Of a DNA stretch of 20,000 bases, positions 7,972 through 16,229 are shown piece after piece. The position numbers and the translations under genes are program-made. Origin of the DNA: an uncultured virus (IMG/VR IMGVR_UViG_3300035698_005065) (lineage: Duplodnaviria; Heunggongvirae; Uroviricota; Caudoviricetes); IMG/VR virus record IMGVR_UViG_3300035698_005065; one strand, given 5' to 3'. A model generated the notes under the pieces. The model did not search any database, was not told where the DNA came from, and saw only the letters and a list, made by a program, of their open reading frames with translations. Within the stretch, counting starts at the first letter, position 1. The number at the start of each line of letters is the position of its first letter.

Positions 7972-9183
7972 ATGACCGACGATATCCCGACCACCGGCCC
8001 AGAGGCTATTATGCACGCGTTGCAGCGTATGGACTTAGACGCCATCGAGAAGGAGCAACGCCAAGTCATCACCGACCGCAAGAAGACGAAAAGACCGCGG
8101 GCTGTGCGTTTATTGAACATCATCGCGGGCCTACGTAAGAACGAGATGCAGCCATCCGAACTGATGGTGCACAGTGTACCGGTGATACCTCCGAAGTTCC
8201 GCCCGTTCTCGGTTACCGGGAACACCTTCCTGCCCGGAGACGCCAACGAACTCTACCGTGATCTGATGGAGTATCAGCGCCTCTACAACAAGACAGAGGA
8301 GGTCATGGGTCGCGGTGCGGCCGGTGAAGTCTACGAGGATTTAAATAAAGCAGTGCGGGCCGTTTACGGGTATGGGGAATCTCCCAATCCCAAGACTCGT
8401 GCGCGTAAGGTTAAGGGATTCTTCACGGCCGTGACTGGGACGAACCCTAAGACGAGCTGGTTGCAAAGTAAGATGCTGTCGAAGCCTGTCGATACGGTCG
8501 GTCGCGGCGTCATTGTCCCGGACGCAGATCTGGGTATGGACGAGATCGGAATCCCGGAAGAGATGGGATGGAAGCAGTTCGGTAACTACGTGCAGCGCCG
8601 CCTAGTGCGTAGCGGTATGTCAGCGCCCGACGCCCTGAGACACTTGGTGAATCGCACCCCGCAAGCTAGGAAGGCTTTGGAGATGGAGTTGCCGGAGCGT
8701 CCGATTGTTTTGACCCGCTCGCCGAGTTGGATAAAGACCGGGGTCATCGGCCAGATCGCTAGGCTTGTCCCAGGCGACGCGATACAGATCAATAACTTTG
8801 TTTCGGCAGGACTCGGAGCCGACTTCGACGGGGATACCGTTTCCATCCACACCCCGTCGTCTGACGAGACTGTCAAGAATGTGAGGGAGAAGCTGATGGC
8901 TTCCCACATGCTTTGGTCTACGAAGGATCGGGACACCGCGAACGCAATACCTAAACACGAGAGTGTGCTTGGGCTCTCGCTCGGGCGCGACTCGGGAGGT
9001 AAGAAACGCTACTACGACACGGACGAGGATGCTATGGCCGCTATCGATAGCGGAGAGATGGATCTCAATGACGACGTCGAGATCGGCACTAACCCCAACC
9101 AACCAAACCATGATACTAGAACAATCAGGGGCACTCGCGCCCGCCAACGAGCCGTGGACCCTCATCCGCGACGCTATCCATGA
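7972..9183 (+). CDS. rpoC: DNA-directed RNA polymerase beta' subunit, stand-alone catalytic middle module (phage split RNAP)
   Basis: TGPEAI..MDLD, VPVIPPKFRP, DANELYRDL, LSKPVDTVGRGVIVPD, TRSPS, GADFDGD and PKHESVLGL are collinear with bacterial beta' GAEAI, PVLPPDLRP, DLNDLYR, GKRVDYSGRSVI, NRAPT, NADFDGD, PSQDVVLGL; the last ~30 codons run into repeat DNA. Confidence 0.93.
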   Translation: MTDDIPTTGPEAIMHALQRMDLDAIEKEQRQVITDRKKTKRPRAVRLLNIIAGLRKNEMQPSELMVHSVPVIPPKFRPFSVTGNTFLPGDANELYRDLMEYQRLYNKTEEVMGRGAAGEVYEDLNKAVRAVYGYGESPNPKTRARKVKGFFTAVTGTNPKTSWLQSKMLSKPVDTVGRGVIVPDADLGMDEIGIPEEMGWKQFGNYVQRRLVRSGMSAPDALRHLVNRTPQARKALEMELPERPIVLTRSPSWIKTGVIGQIARLVPGDAIQINNFVSAGLGADFDGDTVSIHTPSSDETVKNVREKLMASHMLWSTKDRDTANAIPKHESVLGLSLGRDSGGKKRYYDTDEDAMAAIDSGEMDLNDDVEIGTNPNQPNHDTRTIRGTRARQRAVDPHPRRYP

Positions 9184-9547
9184 CCTGACGCTTCAAGAGA
9201 AGCAGAAGGGCGTTAGGATCGAGATGAGCGACTGGCACTTCCCACACGACGGCGTGTGTCACCAATGTCTCGCTGGGGCTGTCATGTCGCGGCGCCTCGG
9301 CGTTGATACGAATGACAACAAGTTCCCGTTCGACTTCCCCAAAGACGTAGCGGCCAGGCTCCGCGCGCTGGACCATTTACGTTACGGGAGTATTGTCTTC
9401 GCCTACCGCAAGCTGGAACTAGTGCGCCCCGCTGAGCTTCCTTTTGATGTGACCGTCCCGGACTACCACCGCGGCCCAGCCGCCTTCAAGTCAGCCATGC
9501 TAAAACTCGCCGACCTACTCGAGTCGGCACAACCAACCAAACCATGA
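9110..9547 (+). CDS. WH-CxQC paralog family, copy 6
   Basis: ATG 9110 (MILEQSGALAP) after AACCAACCAAACC; the longer 8963 start is read-through in RNAP DNA. Confidence 0.9.
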   Translation: MILEQSGALAPANEPWTLIRDAIHDLTLQEKQKGVRIEMSDWHFPHDGVCHQCLAGAVMSRRLGVDTNDNKFPFDFPKDVAARLRALDHLRYGSIVFAYRKLELVRPAELPFDVTVPDYHRGPAAFKSAMLKLADLLESAQPTKP

Positions 9548-9990
9548 TACTAGAACAATCCGGGGCACTCGCTCCCGCCAATGAACCGTGGACCTTGATC
9601 CGCGACGCCATAAAAGACCTCGAACTTCAAGAGAAGCAGGCGGGCGTTAAGATCGAGATGCGCGACTGGCACTTCCCACGCGGCGGTGGTGTGTGTCACC
9701 AGTGCCTCGCCGGGTCTGTCATGTCGCGGCGCCTCGGCGTTGATACTGATTACGACGCAGACCCGTTCGACTACCCCGAAGACGTAGCGGACAGGCTCCG
9801 CGCGCTGGACGATTTACGCACCGGGGAGATTGGCTTCGCCTACCGCAAGCTGAAACTAGAGCGCCCTGATACGTTTCCTGCGCGCGTGCCTATCCCACGC
9901 TACGCAGACGGCCCAGCCGCCTTCAAGTCAGCCATGCTAAAACTCGCCGACCAATTAGAGGCGGCACAACCAGAACCAACCAAGCCATGA
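9544..9990 (+). CDS. WH-CxQC paralog family, copy 7
   Basis: Family motifs, ATGA coupling. Confidence 0.9.
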   Translation: MILEQSGALAPANEPWTLIRDAIKDLELQEKQAGVKIEMRDWHFPRGGGVCHQCLAGSVMSRRLGVDTDYDADPFDYPEDVADRLRALDDLRTGEIGFAYRKLKLERPDTFPARVPIPRYADGPAAFKSAMLKLADQLEAAQPEPTKP

Positions 9991-10433
9991 AATTGAAACA
10001 ATCCGGGACGCTCGCTCCCGCCAACGAACCGTGGACTCTCATCCGCGATGCCATTTTCGATCTTGAACTCCAAGAGAAGCAGAAGGGCGCGAAGATCGCG
10101 ATGGGCGACTGGCACTTACCACGCGACGGCGTGTGTTCGCAGTGCCTCGCCGGGTCTGTCATGTCGCGACGCCTCGGCGTTGATACGAATGACAACAAGT
10201 TCCCGTCCACCTTCCCCGAAGACATAGCGGCCAGGCTCTACGCGCTGGACCATTTCCGCAACGGGGACATTGACGACGCCTACCGCAAGCTGGAACTAGA
10301 GTGTCCCGCTTCGCTTCCTTATAGCGTGCCTATCCCGGACTACGAAAACGGCCCACCCGCCTTCAAGGCGGCCATGCTAAAACTCGCCGACCTACTCGAG
10401 TCGGCACAACCAAAACCAACCGCACGTCAATGA
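9987..10433 (+). CDS. WH-CxQC paralog family, copy 8
   Basis: Family motifs, ATGA coupling. Confidence 0.9.
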   Translation: MKLKQSGTLAPANEPWTLIRDAIFDLELQEKQKGAKIAMGDWHLPRDGVCSQCLAGSVMSRRLGVDTNDNKFPSTFPEDIAARLYALDHFRNGDIDDAYRKLELECPASLPYSVPIPDYENGPPAFKAAMLKLADLLESAQPKPTARQ

Positions 10434-10795
10434 AACTGAGAAGATTATTCGCGACCTTATACGCCGCGATACTGCGCGCCGGCACTCCAGCGTCGGCCGA
10501 GCCTCCCAAGACAAACGATGCCCGACGCACCCTACGTCTCAGGGATTACGTCAGAGACATGGAGGCCGCTGGGTATGTGTGCTCCTTCTGTCAGCCCATC
10601 CCCGTCCCAGAGCTGATGACCGACCGGGAGGGAACGATAAGAATAAGCAGGGAGTCGTATGCTAACCACCTTGATTTATACCAAGAGGTGATGGTTCCTG
10701 CTGAAGATGTCGCGATTCATATCGTGATGGGTCTGCACTTCTGGTATTTCGATTCTGTATCTGCGGACGCCCCGAATATTGGAGATTATTTTTAA
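10430..10795 (+). CDS. hypothetical protein (possible N-terminal signal-like segment)
   Basis: 121 aa ORF coupled by ATGA to copy 8; MKLRRLFATLYAAILRAGTPASA N-terminus. Confidence 0.65.
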   Translation: MKLRRLFATLYAAILRAGTPASAEPPKTNDARRTLRLRDYVRDMEAAGYVCSFCQPIPVPELMTDREGTIRISRESYANHLDLYQEVMVPAEDVAIHIVMGLHFWYFDSVSADAPNIGDYF

Positions 10796-10802
10796 ACTTT
10801 AA

Positions 10803-10879
10803 GCGCGCGTAGCTTAGCGGTTCAAAGCAGCCGTCTCATAAACGGAAGATCGCGGGTTCAAATCCCGCCACGCGTACCA
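10803..10879 (+). tRNA. tRNA with CAT anticodon (elongator Met or Ile2)
   Basis: Cloverleaf: acceptor GCGCGCG/CACGCGT, D arm GCTT..AAGC, anticodon arm CCGT-CTCATAA-ACGG, T arm GCGGG-TTCAAAT-CCCGC, encoded ACCA end. Confidence 0.92.
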
Positions 10880-10883
10880 ACTT

Positions 10884-10920
10884 AACACCCGCCCGGACAA
10901 CCGGGCGGGTGTTCTAATTT
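10884..10920 (+). terminator. intrinsic terminator-like hairpin after tRNA
   Basis: Perfect 13 bp inverted repeat AACACCCGCCCGG-acaa-CCGGGCGGGTGTT followed by CTAATTT. Confidence 0.75.
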
Positions 10921-10923
10921 ACC

Positions 10924-11073
10924 ATGAAAACAAAAAACGAAAAATGCTACTGGGACTTCAGCGCCGAGGCACCGGCGTATTCCTCCCAATATACGAGCGG
11001 CGGTCGCTCGTCCATCTTTAAGGTTAGCGCGTTCGCCGTCGAAGATGCTACCACCCCCGACCGTCATGCGTGA
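10924..11073 (+). CDS. small hypothetical protein (49 aa, not in ORF track)
   Basis: ACCATG start, MKTKNEKCYWDFSAEAPAY...DRHA, stop overlaps the next ATG at 11066. Confidence 0.5.
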   Translation: MKTKNEKCYWDFSAEAPAYSSQYTSGGRSSIFKVSAFAVEDATTPDRHA

Positions 11074-11314
11074 AGTATTCTGCAGCCCTAGCCAGGGGCC
11101 AACCAAGGAAGCCCCCAAAGGCGTCTTCGCGGAGGCCTACTCCGTGACTGTGACCTACCTGACAGAGTTCGGAAAGTTGATACAAGGGGCCGAGGTCACC
11201 GTGTATGTGGACGTGCTCGCAGGAGGGGAGGAGAAGGTCAGCCACGAGAGAGCTGCCGACGTCGTGCGGGGAGCCCACCCCGGGTGCGACGTAACCAAAG
11301 TGACCTACTGGTAG
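11066..11314 (+). CDS. hypothetical protein
   Basis: In-frame ATG 11066 (MREVFC) of the 11045 ORF; start uncertain. Confidence 0.6.
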   Translation: MREVFCSPSQGPTKEAPKGVFAEAYSVTVTYLTEFGKLIQGAEVTVYVDVLAGGEEKVSHERAADVVRGAHPGCDVTKVTYW

Positions 11315-11315
11315 C

Positions 11316-11567
11316 ATGAACAACAACCATTTGCGGCCCGCGTTTGCGGCCTACCAGCATTCCGTCCCAGGGTTTCCGCATGTCATACTCAAGTGGCACG
11401 AGGACAAAGGAATCGTCGTTTCGCAATACGTCACGATTAAAGGAAAAATACACCCGTGGACGTTTGAGACGGGCCACGGCATGTCCGTAAATTTCGACCG
11501 TGTCATTCCTCACTTCGAAGCGTGGGTGCGCGCGGTCTATTGGGACGACGTCACCGTGCAAGGATGA
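11316..11567 (+). CDS. hypothetical protein
   Basis: 83 aa ORF starting 1 nt after the previous stop. Confidence 0.65.
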   Translation: MNNNHLRPAFAAYQHSVPGFPHVILKWHEDKGIVVSQYVTIKGKIHPWTFETGHGMSVNFDRVIPHFEAWVRAVYWDDVTVQG

Positions 11568-11585
11568 ACAAAAATCAACCAACCA

Positions 11586-12026
11586 ATGAAATTAAAACAA
11601 TCCGGGCCTCTTGCGCCCGCCAATGAACCGTGGACCTTGATCCGCGACGCCATCCACGACCTGACGCTTCAAGAAAAGCTGAAGGGTGTTATGATCAATA
11701 TGAGTAATTGGCACTTACCAAGCGCCGGCGTGTGTCACCAATGTCTCGGCGGGTCTGTCATGTCGAGGCGTCTCGGCGTTGATACTAATGCTTGCGCAAA
11801 CCCGATCAACTACCCCAAAGACGTAGCGGCCAGACTCCACGCGCTGGACGATTTCCGCATCGGGGATATTTACGCCGCCTACGACAGACTGGACCTAGAT
11901 CGTCCCGCTTCGCTTCCTCTTGATGTGACCGTCCCGAGCTACCACCGCCCACCCGCCTTCAAGGCAGCCATGCTCGCAATCGCCGACCTACTCGAGGCGG
12001 CACAACCAACCAAAACCAAGCTATGA
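11586..12026 (+). CDS. WH-CxQC paralog family, copy 9
   Basis: Family motifs. Confidence 0.9.
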   Translation: MKLKQSGPLAPANEPWTLIRDAIHDLTLQEKLKGVMINMSNWHLPSAGVCHQCLGGSVMSRRLGVDTNACANPINYPKDVAARLHALDDFRIGDIYAAYDRLDLDRPASLPLDVTVPSYHRPPAFKAAMLAIADLLEAAQPTKTKL

Positions 12027-12469
12027 TACTAGAACAATCCGGGGCACTCGCGCCCGCCAATGAACCGTGGACCCTCATCCGCGATGCGATCCACGACCTC
12101 GAACTTCAAGAGAAGCAGAAGGGCGTTGCGATCGTGATGGGTAATTGGCACGACCCATACGGCGGCGGCGTGTGTCACCAGTGTCTCGCCGGGTCTGTCA
12201 TGTCTCGGCGTCTCGGTGCTGATACGGATAACTACTCAAACCCCAGAGGCTACCCCGAAGACGTAGAGGCCAGGCTCCTCGCGCTGGAAGATTTACGCGG
12301 CGGGCATATTGGCGACGCCTATAGTTGGCTGGGACTAGAGCGTCCCTCCTCGACTCCTGAGCGCGTGTTTATCCCGCACTACCACTTCGGCTCAGACGCC
12401 TTCAAGGCAGCCATGCTAAAACTCGCCGACCTACTCGAGTCGGCACAACCAAAACCAACCAAACCATGA
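12023..12469 (+). CDS. WH-CxQC paralog family, copy 10
   Basis: Family motifs, ATGA coupling. Confidence 0.9.
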   Translation: MILEQSGALAPANEPWTLIRDAIHDLELQEKQKGVAIVMGNWHDPYGGGVCHQCLAGSVMSRRLGADTDNYSNPRGYPEDVEARLLALEDLRGGHIGDAYSWLGLERPSSTPERVFIPHYHFGSDAFKAAMLKLADLLESAQPKPTKP

Positions 12470-12912
12470 TATTAGAACAATCCGGGCCGCTAGCGCCCGC
12501 CAATGAACCGTGGACCTTGATTCGCGACGCCATAAAAGACCTGGAACTGCAGGAGAAGCAGGAGGGCGTTAAGATCGAGATGAACAGCTGGCACGACCCA
12601 TACGGCGGCGGCGCGTGTCATCAATGCCTCGCCGGGTCTGTCATGGCGCGGCGCCTCGGTGTTGATACTGGCGCCGTCGCGTTCCCAGACAACTTCCCCG
12701 ACGACGTGAGAGACAGGCTCCGCGCGCTGGAGGAGTTACGGTGCGGGGCGATTGGCGACGCCTACGTTTATCTGGGGCTAGAGCACCCCGATACGCTTCC
12801 TCGGGATACGTGTATCCCGAGCTACCGCGACGACCCAGACGACTTCAAGGAATCCATGCTCGCACTCGCCGACCAATTAGAGGCGGCACAACCAACCAAA
12901 ACCAACCAATGA
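12466..12912 (+). CDS. WH-CxQC paralog family, copy 11
   Basis: Family motifs, ATGA coupling. Confidence 0.9.
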   Translation: MILEQSGPLAPANEPWTLIRDAIKDLELQEKQEGVKIEMNSWHDPYGGGACHQCLAGSVMARRLGVDTGAVAFPDNFPDDVRDRLRALEELRCGAIGDAYVYLGLEHPDTLPRDTCIPSYRDDPDDFKESMLALADQLEAAQPTKTNQ

Positions 12913-13355
12913 TATTAGAGCAATCCGGGACACTCGCGCCCGCCAACGAACCGTGGACCTTGATCCGCGACGCCATCCATGACCTCGAACTCCAAGAGAA
13001 GCAGGAGGGCGTTAGGATCGATATGGGTAATTGGCACGACCCATACGGCAGCGTGTGCCTGCAATGTCTCGCCGGGTCCGCCATCTCGCGGCGCCTCGGC
13101 GTTGATACTGATGACGACGCAGAACCGATCGACTACCCCGAAGACGTGAGAGACAGGCTCCTCTCGATTGACTGTTTCCGTACCGGGGATATTGGCACCG
13201 CCTACGAGTATCTGGGGCTAGAGCACCCCGCTTCTCTTACTGCGCGCGTAACTATCCCGAACTACCACCGAAACGGCCCAGCAGCCTTCAAGGAGGCCAT
13301 GCTAAAACTCGCCGACCAACTCGAGGCGGCACAACCAACCAAAACCAAGCTATGA
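12909..13355 (+). CDS. WH-CxQC paralog family, copy 12
   Basis: ATG 12909 in ATGA overlap; the 12741 start is off-frame read-through of copy 11. Confidence 0.9.
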   Translation: MILEQSGTLAPANEPWTLIRDAIHDLELQEKQEGVRIDMGNWHDPYGSVCLQCLAGSAISRRLGVDTDDDAEPIDYPEDVRDRLLSIDCFRTGDIGTAYEYLGLEHPASLTARVTIPNYHRNGPAAFKEAMLKLADQLEAAQPTKTKL

Positions 13356-13798
13356 TACTAGAACAATCCGGGACACTCGCGCCCGTCAATGAACCGTGGA
13401 CCTTGATCCGCGACGCCATTTTCGATCTTGAACTTCAAGAGAAACAGGAGGGCGTCGATGTCGATATGGACCATTGGCACTTCCCATACGGCGGCGGCGC
13501 GTGTCATCAATGTCTCGCCGGGTCTGTCATGTCGCGACGCCTCGGCGTTGATACTGACGCCCACAAGTCCCCAGACAACTACCCCAAAGACGTAGCGGTC
13601 AGACTCCACGCGCTGGACGATTTACGGTGCGGGGAGATTGATACCGCCTATCGCGAGCTGAAACTAGAACTCCCCTCCTCGATTCCTGAGCGCGTGCCTA
13701 TCCCACGCTACCGAAACGGCCCCTCCGCCTTCAAGGCAGCCATGCTAAAACTCGCTGACCAATTAGAGGCGGCACAACCAGAACCAACCAAGCCATGA
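13352..13798 (+). CDS. WH-CxQC paralog family, copy 13
   Basis: Family motifs, ATGA coupling. Confidence 0.9.
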   Translation: MILEQSGTLAPVNEPWTLIRDAIFDLELQEKQEGVDVDMDHWHFPYGGGACHQCLAGSVMSRRLGVDTDAHKSPDNYPKDVAVRLHALDDLRCGEIDTAYRELKLELPSSIPERVPIPRYRNGPSAFKAAMLKLADQLEAAQPEPTKP

Positions 13799-14400
13799 TA
13801 TTAGAACAATCAGGGCCTCTCGCTCCCGCCAATGAACCGTGGACCTTGATCCGCGACGCCATCCACGACCTCGAACTCCAAGAGAAGCTGAAGGGCGTTA
13901 AGATCAATATGGACCATTGGCACATCTCATACGACGGCGTGTGTTCGCAGTGTCTCGGCGGGTCTGTCATGTCGAGGCGTCTCGGTGCTGATACGGATGC
14001 TCGCGCAGACCCGTTCGACTACCCCGACGACGTGAGAGACAGGCTCTACGCGCTGGACAATTTCCGCATCGGGGAGATTGGCTACGCCTACCGCAGGCTG
14101 AAACTAGAGCGCCCTGATACGCTTCCTAAGCGCGTGGATGTTCCGCGCTACCGCCGCGGCCCCTCCGCCTTCAAGGCAGCCATGCTAAAACTCGCCGACC
14201 AACTCGAGGCGGCACAACCAACCAGCCGTGAAATGAATTACAGAAAAAAAGAACCCAGCGGTCAAAACTCCAAGTGGCGCGAGCGTGCACGTAGAAAGCG
14301 AGCGTGTGACGACATCATTCTCCGCGTCACTTTCGCTGTTATTGTGTCGGCAGTCGTGGGTGCTATTGCATTAGCCATCGCAGCCTATAATCGATCATGA
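13795..14400 (+). CDS. WH-CxQC paralog family, copy 14, fused in frame to a basic/transmembrane tail
   Basis: Family domain continues without stop into MNYRKK...VTFAVIVSAVVGAIALAIAAY (internal ATG 14233). Confidence 0.85.
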   Translation: MILEQSGPLAPANEPWTLIRDAIHDLELQEKLKGVKINMDHWHISYDGVCSQCLGGSVMSRRLGADTDARADPFDYPDDVRDRLYALDNFRIGEIGYAYRRLKLERPDTLPKRVDVPRYRRGPSAFKAAMLKLADQLEAAQPTSREMNYRKKEPSGQNSKWRERARRKRACDDIILRVTFAVIVSAVVGAIALAIAAYNRS

Positions 14401-14612
14401 ACGCGTCCGATAAAATGCTTCACGCGCTACCAAGCATAGCGCCTCTCGACTAGCTTATATTTCGCGACCAACTAAAACCGTTACCCGTTCCTGACAATGA
14501 GCACCGGGGAGATCGCGGCTGCGCGGCTTGTCGTCATCTCCCTCGCTAACTCAGATAAAAACTATGGACTTTCTTCTCAAGTCGCGCTTTTACGACCCCC
14601 TATTAAATTGAC

Positions 14613-14804
14613 ATGACTACTAACGAAATCATCTTCAACAGCATCGACGCCTTTGCCTTCCTCTTATGGTTCATCGGATGCTCGCTTCTCGCCTTAGCTC
14701 TTATTATGCTCCCTCACGATGGTGACGATGACGTTCCCCCGGACGCAAGTTGGCTCGATAAAAATCAAACGGCACGGGGGCGGCGGTTATCGCCGTCGTT
14801 GTGA
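14613..14804 (+). CDS. small membrane protein
   Basis: 63 aa with hydrophobic AFAFLLWFIGCSLLALALIML. Confidence 0.55.
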   Translation: MTTNEIIFNSIDAFAFLLWFIGCSLLALALIMLPHDGDDDVPPDASWLDKNQTARGRRLSPSL

Positions 14805-14956
14805 TGACGATTGGCTATTCCATCAAACTCATCGCGAAAAACTTACTCGGGCAGTGAGTATTAAATCAACGCTAGGGGTGTCGGTCACTGTTAAGATTCT
14901 AAGGCGCGGCCGGGAGCGACACTCCCAAGGCGGCCTACATCTGTGGGGGCGGTCAC

Positions 14957-15427
14957 GTGGTCGATCGTAACGCGCCGCACCGCCCGCACTGGTTACGCAC
15001 CACCTCGCGAGAGGTGACGTGTAATATCTGCGGCCGCCGAGGGCCCTACTCTATCCAATCCGAGGTTTTGTGCGCGCCGTTCCCCGACGCGCCATACCGC
15101 CTAGTGGTGTGCGGCGGGAGGGACTACGAGTTTACGGATGCGGACAGGACGCTTCTAGACGCGATCCCGATCGCAGTGGTGATCAGCGGAAACGCCAAGG
15201 GAGCTGACAGATGCGGAGAGCTCTACGCAGTTAGCAGGGGAATACGAACCGAGCGATACCCGGCGGACTGGGACAAATATGGTCACCAAGCCGGGGCGAA
15301 GCGTAATAGGCTCATGGCGCAGAAGGCCACAGCCGTCGCTGCGTTTCCGGGAGGATCCGGGACGGCGGACATGATCAAGCAGGCCGCCATATTTAAACTG
15401 ACGCTATTTGACTTCTCAAGGCGGTAA
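14957..15427 (+). CDS. SLOG superfamily protein (DUF2493 / YspA-like)
   Basis: LVVCGGRDY, VISGNAKGAD, YPADWDKYG..AG..RN..M, AFPGGSGTADM motifs; start codon uncertain. Confidence 0.88.
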   Translation: MVDRNAPHRPHWLRTTSREVTCNICGRRGPYSIQSEVLCAPFPDAPYRLVVCGGRDYEFTDADRTLLDAIPIAVVISGNAKGADRCGELYAVSRGIRTERYPADWDKYGHQAGAKRNRLMAQKATAVAAFPGGSGTADMIKQAAIFKLTLFDFSRR

Positions 15428-15466
15428 AGCCATGCGGCCCCAACTGCCATCAACGAAATAACCAAT

Positions 15467-15907
15467 ATGAAGATAACTTTTAAAAAAGCAGAAGTCGCGC
15501 ACCTCGTTGCGGCGACAAAGTCCGCAGCCACGTGCACGGTCCCCTACACGGGAGAAGGCTGGGGGGTTCCCGAGGAAACTACGCCAGGAATTTGCGTCAT
15601 CGGCGACGCCGGCATCTACATGATGTCAAACCGCACCAGCGACGAAGGAAGCGCGAATCACATCAACGAGGCTACAGGGGGCGATCAAAGAAATGCAGCC
15701 TACGCCCAGGAGTGCGACCCTCAATCCGTAGAAAGCTGTTACGATACGAAGCGCGAGGCGTTCGGCGACGACGGCGTCGAGTTCATAGAGCTGGACACTA
15801 TACAGGAGTGGATAGACAAAACCCCCGGGGACATACTCAAGATGAATATGACGCCGGACTCTCTGTCGTTCTTATTCGTAAGCTCCCCCTCCGCGCGCGT
15901 AAGGTAA
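15467..15907 (+). CDS. DUF3085-like protein
   Basis: PGICVIGDAGIYMMSN...AYAQECDP...FGDDGVEFI pattern recalled from DUF3085. Confidence 0.78.
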   Translation: MKITFKKAEVAHLVAATKSAATCTVPYTGEGWGVPEETTPGICVIGDAGIYMMSNRTSDEGSANHINEATGGDQRNAAYAQECDPQSVESCYDTKREAFGDDGVEFIELDTIQEWIDKTPGDILKMNMTPDSLSFLFVSSPSARVR

Positions 15908-16031
15908 CTCTAGCCGTCGTAGAGATACGGGCACGGAGCGACGCGGATCGAGAAGTTAACCTGGGAGACCCCATCGCTAAAACTGCTCAGTTGCGCAGCC
16001 TCACCTTAATCAACACCAACAAAACTAAAAA

Positions 16032-16229
16032 ATGAAACCAACATTCAAAACTATATTCGTCACTGACGACACCGAAGAATTCGACCGACAAATAACCGAC
16101 CTTCTCCGTCAGGGCTACCGACTCCACGGATCCCCCCGCTCGCACGTTATCCACCCGCCGAGACACACGGACGCCCAGTCCCTCGTTTCTCTCACTCAAC
16201 ACCTCTACCACACAGGCAATGAGAATTAA
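16032..16229 (+). CDS. DUF1737-like small protein
   Basis: EEFDRQITDLLRQGYRLHGSP pattern; A/C-rich leader. Confidence 0.62.
   Translation: MKPTFKTIFVTDDTEEFDRQITDLLRQGYRLHGSPRSHVIHPPRHTDAQSLVSLTQHLYHTGNEN

Larger units (their letters stand above)
9110..10433 (+). repeat. tandem paralog array B (copies 6-8)
   Basis: Same ~440 bp unit. Confidence 0.97.
11586..14232 (+). repeat. tandem paralog array C (copies 9-14)
   Basis: Same ~440 bp unit. Confidence 0.97.

Noticed and set aside
7972..9183. Bacterial chromosomal rpoC or its pseudogene
   Set aside because: No rpoB or ribosomal protein context, divergent motifs, intact frame with its own start, phage-like neighbourhood
10803..10879. Initiator tRNA-fMet or a prophage att site
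   Set aside because: Lacks the C1-A72 mismatch and GGG/CCC anticodon stem; no duplicated tRNA 3' end or integrase seen
5618..12908. N-terminal extensions of family copies in the ORF track (starts 5618, 8963, 12741)
   Set aside because: Off-frame read-through of upstream genes; the conserved starts are 5726, 9110 and 12909
14401..14612. ncRNA or gene in the low-coding gap
   Set aside because: Only very short ORFs and no convincing structure recognised
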